A DNA stretch of 64,000 nt, taken from assembly GCA_964276515.1 (NCBI GenBank), contig OZ193909.1, positions 9,548,001-9,612,000 on the forward strand, written 5' to 3'. This DNA is from Gordius albopunctatus (taxonomy: Eukaryota). The translations under genes and the position numbers were made by a program. Shown in pieces: positions 1-13,000 of this stretch. Position 1 is the first letter of the stretch. Every line of letters begins with the position of its first letter. A model generated the notes under the pieces. That model searched no databases. It saw nothing but the letters and a program-made list of their open reading frames with translations, and was not told the origin of the DNA.

Positions 1-1399
1 TCCTTGTTAAAATCCCGATGAGAATTTTTGCACGGGTGGAGTTTTAGATTGAGAAAAACTAAACTTTTCGTGTTGCGTTTCGATTGTTTCAAAATCGCTT
101 TCTAATCGCGTCTCTAGTTTTTATGAAACAAGCTCTATGTGATTATGATTAAAAGTTAATAATTTTTGAGGACTGATCAAAAAATTTTTTAACGAATTCA
201 CCTCTGACATCGAAAACTTTCACGAGGGCTATATGCTCTAACAAAAAAAATTGACAAAAATTTTGAGGTCGAAAAAAATATTTATTTTCATATTATTTGG
301 AAAGGGGGATGAAAAAATCTTTAAAAGTCAATAAATATTCTTAGTATTATGTCCATGTTAAAATCCCGATAAGAATTTTTGCACGGGGGGAAGTTTTAGA
401 TTGAGAGAAACTAAACTTTTCGTGTTGCGTTTAGATTGTTTCAAAATCGCTTTCTAATCGCGTCTCTAGTTTTTATGAAACAAGCTCTATGTGATTATGA
501 TTAAAAGTTAATAATTTTTGAGGACTGATCAAAAATTATTTTTACCGAATTCACCTCTGACATCAAAAACTTTCACGAGGGCTATATGCTTTAACAAAAA
601 AAATTGACAAAAATTTTGAGGTCGAAAAAAATGTTTATTTTCATATTCTTTCGAAAGGGGGCTGAACCAATATTTAAAAGTCAGTAAATATTCTTAGCAT
701 TATGTCCTTGTTAAAATCTCGATAAGAATTTTTTCACGGGGGGAAGTTTTAGATTGAGAGAAACTAAACTTTTTATGTTGCGTTTAGATTGTTTCAAAAT
801 CGCTTTCTAAGCCTGTCTTTAGTTTTTGTGAAACAAGCTCTAGGTGATCGTGATTCAAAGTTAATAATTTTTGAGGACTGATCAAAAAATTTTTTTAACG
901 AATTCACCTCTGATATTGAAAACTTTCACGAGGGCTATATACTTTAACAAAAAAAATTGACAAAAATTTTGAGGTCGAAAAAAATATTTATTTTTATATT
1001 ATTTGGAAAGGTGGCTGAAAAAATGTTTAAAAGTCAGTAAATATTCTTAGCATTATGTCCTTGTTAAAATCCCGATAAGAATTTTTTCACGGGGGGAAGT
1101 TTTAGATTGAGAGAAACTAAACTTTTTATGTTGCGTTTAGATTGTTTCAAAATCGCTTTCTAAGCCTGTCTTTAGTTTTTGTGAAACAAGCTCTAGGTGA
1201 TCGTGATTCAAAGTTAATAATTTTTGAGGACTGATCAAAAAATTTTTTTAACGAATTCACCTCTGATATCGAAAACTTTCATGAGGGCTATATGGTTGAA
1301 CAAAAAATTTAAAAAATTTTGAGGTCGAAAAAAATATTTATTTTCATATTATTTGTAAAGGAAGCTGAAAAAATCTTTAAAAGTCAGAAAATATTCTTA

Positions 1400-2745
1400 G
1401 CATTATGTCCTTGTTAAAATCCCGATAAGATTTTTCCACTGGGGGAAGTTTTAGATTGAGAGAAATTAAACTTTTCGTGTTGCGTTTAGATTGTTTCAAG
1501 ATCGCTTTCTAATTTCGTCTATAGTTTTTGTGAAACAAGCTCTATGTGATCGTGATTCAAAGTTAATAATTTTTGAGGACTGATCAAAAAATTTTTTTAA
1601 CGAATTCACCTCTGATATCGAAAACTTTCATGAGGGCTATATGGTTGAACAAAAAATTTAAAAAATTTTGAGGTCGAAAAAAATATTTATTTTCATATTA
1701 TTTGTAAAGGAAGCTGAAAAAATCTTTAAAAGTCAGAAAATATTCTTAGCATTATGTCCTTGTTAAAATCCCGATAAGATTTTTCCACTGGGGGAAGTTT
1801 TAGATTGAGAGAAATTAAACTTTTCGTGTTGCGTTTAGATTGTTTCAAGATCGCTTTCTAATTTCGTCTATAGTTTTTGTGAAACAAGCTCTATGTGATC
1901 GTGATTCAAAGTTAATAATTTTTGAGGACTGATCAAAAAAATTTTTTAACGAATTCACCTCTGATATCGAAAACTTTCATGAGGGCTATATGGTTGAACA
2001 AAAAATTTAAAAAATTTTGAGGTCGAAAAAAATATTTATTTTCATATTATTTGTAAAGGAAGCTGAAAAAATCTTTAAAAGTCAGAAAATATTCTTAGCA
2101 TTATCTCCTTGTTAAAATCCCGATAAGATTTTTCCACTGGGGGAAGTTTTAGATTGAGAGAAATTAAACTTTTCGTGTTGCGTTTAGATTGTTTCAAGAT
2201 CGCTTTCTAATTTCGTCTATAGTTTTTGTGAAACAAGCTCTATGTGATCGTGATTCAAAGTTAATAATTTTTGAGGACTGATCAAAAAAATTTTTTAACG
2301 AATTCACCTCTGATATCGAAAACTTTCATGAGGGCTATATGGTTGAACAAAAAATTTAAAAAATTTTGAGGTCGAAAAAAATATTTATTTTCATATTATT
2401 TGTAAAGGAAGCTGAAAAAATCTTTAAAAGTCAGAAAATATTCTTAGCATTATCTCCTTGTTAAAATCCCGATAAGATTTTTCCACTGGGGGAAGTTTTA
2501 GATTGAGAGAAATTAAACTTTTCGTGTTGCGTTTAGATTGTTTCAAGATCGCTTTCTAATTTCGTCTATAGTTTTTGTGAAACAAGCTCTATGTGATCGT
2601 GATTCAAAGTTAATAATTTTTGAGGACTGATCAAAAAAATTTTTTAACGAATTCACCTCTGATATCGAAAACTTTCATGAGGGCTATATGGTTGAACAAA
2701 AAATTTAAAAAATTTTGAGGTCGAAAAAAATATTTATTTTCATAT
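1400..2745. repeat. Run of ~4 near-identical 349-bp A monomers
   Basis: Exact 349-bp period (1408, 1757, 2106, 2455). Copies share gatttttccactggggg, tttcaagatcg, aatttcgtctata and gtcagaaaatattc. Confidence 0.9.
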
Positions 2746-2889
2746 TCTTTCGAAAGGGGGCGGAAGAAATAATTAAAAGATAGTAAATATTCTTAGCATT
2801 ATGTCCTTGTTAAAATCCCGATAAGAATTTTTGCACGGGTGGAGTTTTAGATTGAGAAAAACTAAACTTTTCGTGTTGCGTTTAGATTT

Positions 2890-5505
2890 TTTCAAAATCG
2901 TTTTCTAATCGCGTCTCTAGTTTTTATGAAACAAGCTCTATGTGATTATGATTAAAAGTTAATAATTTTTGAGGACTGATCAAAAATTATTTTTAACGAA
3001 TTCACCTCTGACATCGAAAACTTTCACGAGGGCTATATGCTCTAACAAAAAAAATTGACAAAAATTTTGAGGTCGAAAAAAATATTTATTTTCATATTAT
3101 TTGGAAAGGTGGCTGAAAAAATGTTTAAAAGTCAGTAAATATTCTTAGCATTATGTCCTTGTTAAAATCCCGATAAGAATTTTTTCACTGGGGGAAGTTT
3201 TAGATTGAGAGAAACTAAACTTTTTATGTTGCGTTTAGATTGTTTCAAAATCGCTTTCTAAGCCTGTCTTTAGTTTTTGTGAAACAAGCTCTAGGTGATC
3301 GTGATTCAAAGTTAATAATTTTTGAGGACTGATCAAAAAAATTTTTTAACGAATTCACCTCTGATATCGAAAACTTTCATGAGGGCTATATGGTTGAACA
3401 AAAAATTTAAAAAATTTTGAGGTCGAAAAAAATATTTATTTTCATATTCTTTCGAAAGGGGGCTGAAGAAATAATTAAAAGATAGTAAATATTCTTAGCA
3501 TTATGTCCTTGTTAAAATCCCTATAAGAATTTTTGCACGGGGGGAAGTTTTAGATTGAGAGAAACTAAACTTTTTATGTTGCGTTTAGATTGTTTTTAAA
3601 TCGCTTTCTAAGCCTGTCTTTAGTTTTTGTGAAACAAGCTCTAGGTGATCGTGATTCAAAGTTAATAATTTTTGAGGACTGATCAAAAATTTTTTTTAAC
3701 GAATTCACCTCTGATATTGAAAACTTTCACGAGGGCTATATACTTTAACAAAAAAAATTGACAAATATTTTGAGGTCGAAAAAATTATTTATTTTCATAT
3801 TATTTGGAAAGGTGGCTGAAAAAATGTTTAAAAGTCAGTAAATATTCTTAGCATTATGTCCTTGTTAAAATCCCGATAAGAATTTTTTCACGGGGGGGGA
3901 AGTTTTAGATTGAGAGAAACTAAACTTTTTATGTTGCGTTTAGATTGTTTCAAAATCGCTTTCTAAGCCTGTCTTTAGTTTTTGTGAAACAAGCTCTAGG
4001 TGATCGTGATTCAAAGTTAATAATTTTTGAGGACTGATCAAAAAATTTTTTTAACGAATTCACCTCTGATATCGAAAACTTTCATGAGGGCTATATGCTC
4101 TAACAAAAAAAATTGACAAAAATTTTGAGGTCGAAAAAAATATTTATTTTCATATTATTTGTAAAGGAAGCTGAAAAAATCTTTAAAAGTCAGAAAATAT
4201 TCTTAGCATTATGTCCTTTTTAAAATCTCGATAAGATTTTTCCACTGGGGGAAATTTTAGATTGAGAGAAATTAAACTTTTCGTGTTGCGTTTAGATTGT
4301 TTCAAAATCGTTTTCTAATCGCGTCTCTAGTTTTTATGAAACAAGCTCTATGTGATTATGATTAAAAGTTAATAATTTTTGAGGACTGATCAAAAATTAT
4401 TTTTAACGAATTCACCTCTGACATCGAAAACTTTCACGAGGGCTATATGCTCTAACAAAAAAAATTGACAAAAATTTTGAGGTCGAAAAAAATATTTATT
4501 TTCATATTATTTGGAAAGGTGGCTGAAAAAATGTTTAAAAGTCAGTAAATATTCTTAGCATTATGTCCTTGTTAAAATCCCGATAAGAATTTTTTCACGG
4601 GGGGAAGTTTTAGATTGAGAGAAACTAAACTTTTTATGTTGCGTTTAGATTGTTTCAAAATCGCTTTCTAAGCCTGTCTTTAGTTTTTGTGAAACAAGCT
4701 CTAGGTGATCGTGATTCAAAGTTAATAATTTTTGAGGACTGATCAAAAAAATTTTTTAACGAATTCACCTCTGATATCGAAAACTTTCATGAGGGCTATA
4801 TGGTTGAACAAAAAATTTAAAAAATTTTGAGGTCGAAAAAAATATTTATTTTCATATTCTTTCGAAAGGGGGCTGAAGAAATAATTAAAAGATAGTAAAT
4901 ATTCTTAGCATTATGTCCTTGTTAAAATCCCTATAAGAATTTTTGCACGGGGGGAAGTTTTAGATTGAGAGAAACTAAACTTTTTATGTTGCGTTTAGAT
5001 TGTTTTTAAATCGCTTTCTAAGCCTGTCTTTAGTTTTTGTGAAACAAGCTCTAGGTGATCGTGATTCAAAGTTAATAATTTTTGAGGACTGATCAAAAAA
5101 TTTTTTTAACGAATTCACCTCTGATATTGAAAACTTTCACGAGGGCTATATACTTTAACAAAAAAAATTGACAAATATTTTGAGGTCGAAAAAAATATTT
5201 ATTTTCATATTATTTGGAAAGGTGGCTGAAAAAATGTTTAAAAGTCAGTAAATATTCTTAGCATTATGTCCTTGTTAAAATCCCGATAAGAATTTTTTCA
5301 CGGGGGGAAGTTTTAGATTGAGAGAAACTAAACTTTTTATGTTGCGTTTAGATTGTTTCAAAATCGCTTTCTAAGCCTGTCTTTAGTTTTTGTGAAACAA
5401 GCTCTAGGTGATCGTGATTCAAAGTTAATAATTTTTGAGGACTGATCAAAAAATTTTTTTAACGAATTCACCTCTGATATCGAAAACTTTCATGAGGGCT
5501 ATATG
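2890..5505. repeat. 4-monomer higher-order repeat, ~1410 bp, ~2 copies
   Basis: Marker ctataag at 3521 and 4931. Marker ttttctaatc at 2901 and 4311. The G-run differs between copies (G8 at ~3892, G6 at ~5302). Confidence 0.8.
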
Positions 5506-8500
5506 GTTGAACAAAAAATTTAAAAAATTTTGAGGTCGAAAAAAATATTTATTTTCATATTCTTTCGAAAGGGGGCGGAAGAAATAATTAAAAGATAGTA
5601 AATATTCTTAGCATTATGTCCTTGTTAAAATCCCGATAAGAATTTTTGCACGGGTGGAGTTTTAGATTGAGAAAAACTAAACTTTTCGTGTTGCGTTTAG
5701 ATTTTTTCAAAATCGTTTTCTAATCGCGTCTCTAGTTTTTATGAAACAAGCTCTATGTGATTATGATTAAAAGTTAATAATTTTTGAGGACTGATCAAAA
5801 ATTATTTTTAACGAATTCACCTCTGACATCGAAAACTTTCACGGGGGCTATATGCTCTAACAAAAAAAATTGACAAAAATTTTGAGGTCGAAAAAAATAT
5901 TTATTTTCATATTATTTGGAAAGGGGGATGAAAAAATCTTTAAAAGTCAATAAATATTCTTAGTATTATGTCCTTGTTAAAATCCCGATAAGAATTTTTG
6001 CACGGGGGGAAGTTTTAGATTGAGAGAAACTAAACTTTTTATGTTGCGTTTAGATTGTTTTTAAATCGCTTTCTAAGCCTGTCTTTAGTTTTTGTGAAAC
6101 AAGCTCTAGGTGATCGTGATTCAAAGTTAATAATTTTTGAGGACTGACCTAAAAAATTTTTTTTAACGAATTCACCTCTGATATCGAAAACTTTCATGAG
6201 GGCTATATGGTTGAACAAAAAATTTAAAAAATTTTGAGGTCGAAAAAAATATTTATTTTCATATTATTTGTAAAGGAAGCTGAAAAAATCTTTAAAAGTC
6301 AGAAAATATTCTTAGCATTATGTCCTTTTTAAAATCTCGATAAGATTTTTCCACTGGGGGAAATTTTAGATTGAGAGAAATTAAACTTTTCGTGTTGCGT
6401 TTAGATTGTTTCAAGATCGCTTTCTAATTTCGTCTATAGTTTTTGTGAAACAAGCTATATGTGATCGTGATTCAAAGTTAATAATTTTTGAGGACTGATC
6501 AAAAAAATTTTTTAACGAATTCACCTCTGATATCGAAAACTTTCATGAGGGCTATATGGTTGAACAAAAAATTTAAAAAATTTTGAGGTCGAAAAAAATA
6601 TTTATTTTCATATTCTTTCGAAAGGGGGCTGAAGAAATAATTAAAAGATAGTAAATATTCTTAGCATTATGTCCTTGTTAAAATCCCGATAAGAATTTTT
6701 GCACGGGGGGAAGTTTTAGATTGAGAGAAACTAAACTTTTTATGTTGCGTTTAGATTGTTTTTAAATCGCTTTCTAAGCCTGTCTTTAGTTTTTGTGAAA
6801 CAAGCTCTAGGTGATCGTGATTCAAAGTTAATAATTTTTGAGGACTGATCAAAAAATTTTTTTAACGAATTCACCTCTGACATCGAAAACTTTCACGAGG
6901 GCTATATGCTCTAACAAAAAAAATTGACAAAAATTTTGAGGTCGAAAAAAATATTTATTTTCATATTATTTGGAAAGGTGGCTGAAAAAATGTTTAAAAG
7001 TCAGTAAATATTCTTAGCATTATGTCCTTGTTAAAATCCCGATAAGAATTTTTTCACGGGGGGAAGTTTTAGATTGAGAGAAACTAAACTTTTTATGTTG
7101 CGTTTAGATTGTTTCAAAATCGCTTTCTAATTTCGTCTATAGTTTTTGTGAAACAAGCTCTATGTGATCGTGATTCAAAGTTAATAATTTTTGAGGACTG
7201 ATCAAAAAATTTTTTTAACGAATTCACCTCTGATATCGAAAACTTTCATGAGGGCTATATGGTTGAACAAAAAATTTAAAAAATTTTGAGGTCGAAAAAA
7301 ATATTTATTTTCATATTCTTTCGAAAGGGGGCGGAAGAAATAATTAAAAGATAGTAAATATTCTTAGCATTATGTCCTTGTTAAAATCCCGATAAGAATT
7401 TTTGCACGGGTGGAGTTTTAGATTGAGAAAAACTAAACTTTTCGTGTTGCGTTTAGATTGTTTCAAAATCGTTTTCTAATCGCGTCTCTAGTTTTTATGA
7501 AACAAGCTCTATGTGATTATGATTAAAAGTTAATAATTTTTGAGGACTGATCAAAAATTATTTTTAACGAATTCACCTCTGACATCGAAAACTTTCACGA
7601 GGGCTATATGCTCTAACAAAAAAAATTGACAAAAATTTTGAGGTCGAAAAAAATATTTATTTTCATATTATTTGGAAAGGTGGCTGAAAAAATGTTTAAA
7701 AGTCAGTAAATATTCTTAGCATTATGTCCTTGTTAAAATCCCGATAAGAATTTTTTCACGGGGGGAAGTTTTAGATTGAGAGAAACTAAACTTTTTATGT
7801 TGCGTTTAGATTGTTTCAAAATCGCTTTCTAAGCCTGTCTTTAGTTTTTGTGAAACAAGCTCTAGGTGATCGTGATTCAAAGTTAATAATTTTTGAGGAC
7901 TGATCAAAAAAATTTTTTAACGAATTCACCTCTGATATCGAAAACTTTCATGAGGGCTATATGGTTGAACAAAAAATTTAAAAAATTTTGAGGTCGAAAA
8001 AAATATTTATTTTCATATTCTTTCGAAAGGGGGCTGAAGAAATAATTAAAAGATAGTAAATATTCTTAGCATTATGTCCTTGTTAAAATCCCTATAAGAA
8101 TTTTTGCACGGGGGGAAGTTTTAGATTGAGAGAAACTAAACTTTTTATGTTGCGTTTAGATTGTTTTTAAATCGCTTTCTAAGCCTGTCTTTAGTTTTTG
8201 TGAAACAAGCTCTAGGTGATCGTGATTCAAAGTTAATAATTTTTGAGGACTGATCAAAAAATTTTTTTAACGAATTCACCTCTGATATTGAAAACTTTCA
8301 CGAGGGCTATATACTTTAACAAAAAAAATTGACAAATATTTTGAGGTCAAAAAAAATATTTATTTTCATATTATTTGGAAAGGTGGCTGAAAAAATGTTT
8401 AAAAGTCAGTAAATATTCTTAGCATTATGTCCTTGTTAAAATCCCGATAAGAATTTTTTCACGGGGGGAAGTTTTAGATTGAGAGAAACTAAACTTTTTA

Positions 8501-10040
8501 TGTTGCGTTTAGATTGTTTCAAAATCGCTTTCTAAGCCTGTCTTTAGTTTTTGTGAAACAAGCTCTAGGTGATCGTGATTCAAAGTTAATAATTTTTGAG
8601 GACTGATCAAAAAATTTTTTTAACGAATTCACCTCTGATATCGAAAACTTTCATGAGGGCTATATGGTTGAACAAAAAATTTAAAAAATTTTGAGGTCGA
8701 AAAAAATATTTATTTTCATATTCTTTCGAAAGGGGGCGGAAGAAATAATTAAAAGATAGTAAATATTCTTAGCATTATGTCCTTGTTAAAATCCCGATAA
8801 GAATTTTTGCACGGGTGGAGTTTTAGATTGAGAAAAACTAAACTTTTCGTGTTGCGTTTAGATTTTTTCAAAATCGTTTTCTAATCGCGTCTCTAGTTTT
8901 TATGAAACAAGCTCTATGTGATTATGATTAAAAGTTAATAATTTTTGAGGACTGATCAAAAATTATTTTTAACGAATTCACCTCTGACATCGAAAACTTT
9001 CACGGGGGCTATATGCTCTAACAAAAAAAATTGACAAAAATTTTGAGGTCGAAAAAAATATTTATTTTCATATTATTTGGAAAGGGGGATGAAAAAATCT
9101 TTAAAAGTCAATAAATATTCTTAGTATTATGTCCTTGTTAAAATCCCGATAAGAATTTTTGCACGGGGGGAAGTTTTAGATTGAGAGAAACTAAACTTTT
9201 TATGTTGCGTTTAGATTGTTTTTAAATCGCTTTCTAAGCCTGTCTTTAGTTTTTGTGAAACAAGCTCTAGGTGATCGTGATTCAAAGTTAATAATTTTTG
9301 AGGACTGACCTAAAAAATTTTTTTTAACGAATTCACCTCTGATATCGAAAACTTTCATGAGGGCTATATGGTTGAACAAAAAATTTAAAAAATTTTGAGG
9401 TCGAAAAAAATATTTATTTTCATATTATTTGTAAAGGAAGCTGAAAAAATCTTTAAAAGTCAGAAAATATTCTTAGCATTATGTCCTTTTTAAAATCTCG
9501 ATAAGATTTTTCCACTGGGGGAAATTTTAGATTGAGAGAAATTAAACTTTTCGTGTTGCGTTTAGATTGTTTCAAGATCGCTTTCTAATTTCGTCTATAG
9601 TTTTTGTGAAACAAGCTATATGTGATCGTGATTCAAAGTTAATAATTTTTGAGGACTGATCAAAAAAATTTTTTAACGAATTCACCTCTGATATCGAAAA
9701 CTTTCATGAGGGCTATATGGTTGAACAAAAAATTTAAAAAATTTTGAGGTCGAAAAAAATATTTATTTTCATATTCTTTCGAAAGGGGGCTGAAGAAATA
9801 ATTAAAAGATAGTAAATATTCTTAGCATTATGTCCTTGTTAAAATCCCGATAAGAATTTTTGCACGGGGGGAAGTTTTAGATTGAGAGAAACTAAACTTT
9901 TTATGTTGCGTTTAGATTGTTTTTAAATCGCTTTCTAAGCCTGTCTTTAGTTTTTGTGAAACAAGCTCTAGGTGATCGTGATTCAAAGTTAATAATTTTT
10001 GAGGACTGATCAAAAAATTTTTTTAACGAATTCACCTCTG
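4275..10040. repeat. 9-monomer higher-order repeat, 3161 bp, ~1.8 copies
   Basis: Rare markers offset by 3161: ggactgacct 6141/9302, acgggggcta 5841/9002, ctataag 4931/8092. Confidence 0.88.
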
Positions 10041-13000
10041 ATATTGAAAACTTTCACGAGGGCTATATACTTTAACAAAAAAAATTGACAAAAATTTTGA
10101 GGTCGAAAAAAATATTTATTTTCCTATTATTTGGAAAGGTGGCTGAAAAAATGTTTAAAAGTCAGTAAATATTCATAGCATTATGTCCTTGTTAAAATCC
10201 CGATAAGAATTTTTTCACGGGGGGAAGTTTTAGATTGAGAGAAACTAAACTTTTCGTGTTGCGTTTAGATTGTTTCAAAATCGCTTTCTAATCGCGTCTC
10301 TAGTTTTTATGAAACAAGCTCTCTGTGATTATGATTAAAAGTTCATAATTTTTGAGGACTGATCAAAAATTATTTTTAACGAATTCACCTCTGACATCGA
10401 AAACTTTCACGAGGGCGATATGCTCTAACAAAAAAAATTGACAAAAATTTTGAGGTCGAAAAAAATATTTATTTTCATATTATTTGGAAAGGTGGCTGAA
10501 AAAATGTTTAAAAGTCAGTAAATATTCATAGCATTATGTCCTTGTTAAAATCCCGATAAGAATTTTTGCACGGGGGGAAGTTTTAGATTGAGAGAAACTA
10601 AACTTTTTATGTTGCGTTTAGATTGTTTTTAAATCGCTTTCTAAGCCTGTCTTTAGTTTTTGTGAAACAAGCTCTAGGTGATCGTGATTCAAAGTTAATA
10701 ATTTTTGAGGACTGATCAAAAAATTTTTTTAACGAATTCACCTCTGATATCGAAAACTTTCATGAGGGCTATATGGTTGAACAAAAAATTTAAAAAATTT
10801 TGAGGTCGAAAAAAATATTTATTTTCATATTCTTTCGAAAGGGGGCGGAAGAAATAATTAAAAGATAGTAAATATTCTTAGCATTATGTCCTTGTTAAAA
10901 TCCCGATGAGAATTTTTGCACGGGTGGAGTTTTAGATTGAGAAAAACTAAACTTTTCGTGTTGCGTTTCGATTGTTTCAAAATCGCTTTCTAATCGCGTC
11001 TCTAGTTTTTATGAAACAAGCTCTATGTGATTATGATTAAAAGTTAATAATTTTTGAGGACTGATCAAAAAATTTTTTAACGAATTCACCTCTGACATCG
11101 AAAACTTTCACGAGGGCTATATGCTCTAACAAAAAAAATTGACAAAAATTTTGAGGTCGAAAAAAATATTTATTTTCATATTATTTGGAAAGGGGGATGA
11201 AAAAATCTTTAAAAGTCAATAAATATTCTTAGTATTATGTCCTTGTTAAAATCCCGATAAGAATTTTTGCACGGGGGGAAGTTTTAGATTGAGAGAAACT
11301 AAACTTTTCGTGTTGCGTTTAGATTGTTTCAAAATCGCTTTCTAATCGCGTCTCTAGTTTTTATGAAACAAGCTCTATGTGATTATGATTAAAAGTTAAT
11401 AATTTTTGAGGACTGATCAAAAATTATTTTTACCGAATTCACCTCTGACATCAAAAACTTTCACGAGGGCTATATGCTTTAACAAAAAAAATTGACAAAA
11501 ATTTTGAGGTCGAAAAAAATGTTTATTTTCATATTCTTTCGAAAGGGGGCTGAAGAAATATTTAAAAGTCAGTAAATATTCTTAGCATTATGTCCTTGTT
11601 AAAATCTCGATAAGAATTTTTTCACGGGGGGAAGTTTTAGATTGAGAGAAACTAAACTTTTTATGTTGCGTTTAGATTGTTTCAAAATCGCTTTCTAAGC
11701 CTGTCTTTAGTTTTTGTGAAACAAGCTATATGTGATTATGATTCAAAGTTAATAATTTTTGAGGACTGATCAAAAAATTTTTTAACGAATTCACCTCTGA
11801 CATCGAAAACTTTCACGAGGGCTATATGCTCTAACAAAAAAAATTGACAAAAATTTTGAGGTCGAAAAAAATATTTAATTTCATATTATTTGTAAAGGAA
11901 GCTGAAAAAATATTTAAAAGTCAGTAAATATTCTTAGCATTATGTCCTTGTTAAAATCCCGATAAGAATTTTTACACGGGGGGAAGTTTTAGATTGAGAG
12001 AAATTAAACTTTTCGTGTTGCGTTTAGATTGTTTCAAGATCGCTTTCTAATTTCGTCTATAGTTTTTGTGAAACAAGCTCCATGTGATCGTGATTCAAAG
12101 TTAATAATTTTTGAGGACTGATCAAAAATTTTGTTTAACGAATTCACCTCTGACATAGAAAACTTTCACGAGGGCTATTTACTTTAACAAAAAAAATTGA
12201 CAAAAATTTTGAGGTAGAAAAAAATATTTATTTTCATATTCTTTCGAAAGGGGGCTGAAGAAATATTTAAAAGTCAGTAAATATTCTTAGCATTATGTCC
12301 TTGTTAAAATCCCGATAAGATTTTTCCACTGGGGGAAGTTTTAGATTGAGAGAAATTAAACTTTTCGTGTTGCGTTTAGATTGTTTCAAAATCACTTTCT
12401 AATCGCGTCTCTAGTTTTTATGAAACAAGCTCTATGTGATTATGATTAAAAGTTAATAATTTTTGAGGACTGATCAAAAATTATTTTTAACGAATTCACC
12501 TCTGACTACGAAAACTTTCACGAGGGCTATATGCTTTAACAAAAAAAATTGACAAAAATTTTGAGGTCGAAAAAAATATTTATTTTCATATTCTTTCGAA
12601 AGGGGGATGAAGAAATATTTAAAAGTCAGTAAATATTCTTAGCATTATGTCCTTGTTAAAATCCCGATAAGAATTTTTTCACGGGGGGAAGTTTTAGATT
12701 GAGAGAAACTAAACTTTTTATGTTGCGTTTAGATTGTTTCAAAATCGCTTTCTAAGCCTGTCTTTAGTTTTTGTGAAACAAGCTCTAGGTGATCGTGATT
12801 CAAAGTTAATAATTTTTGAGGACTGATCAAAAAATTTTTTTAACGAATTCACCTCTGATATCGAAAACTTTCATGAGGGCTATATGCTTTAACAAAAAAA
12901 ATTGACAAAAATTTTGAGGTCGAAAAAAATATTTATTTTCATATTATTTGGAAAGGGGGGTGAAAAAATCTTTAAAAGTCAGTAAATATTCTTAGCATTA

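Noticed and set aside
1..353. Identity with known ~350-360 bp satellites (Drosophila 1.688/359-bp, Tribolium satellites)
   Set aside because: Only length and AT-richness are similar. I recognise no sequence match and cannot run a search, so no family or species is assigned.
300..395. G-quadruplex from the G5-G6 runs
   Set aside because: There are only two main G-runs per monomer, about 80 bp apart, and one is lost in short monomers.
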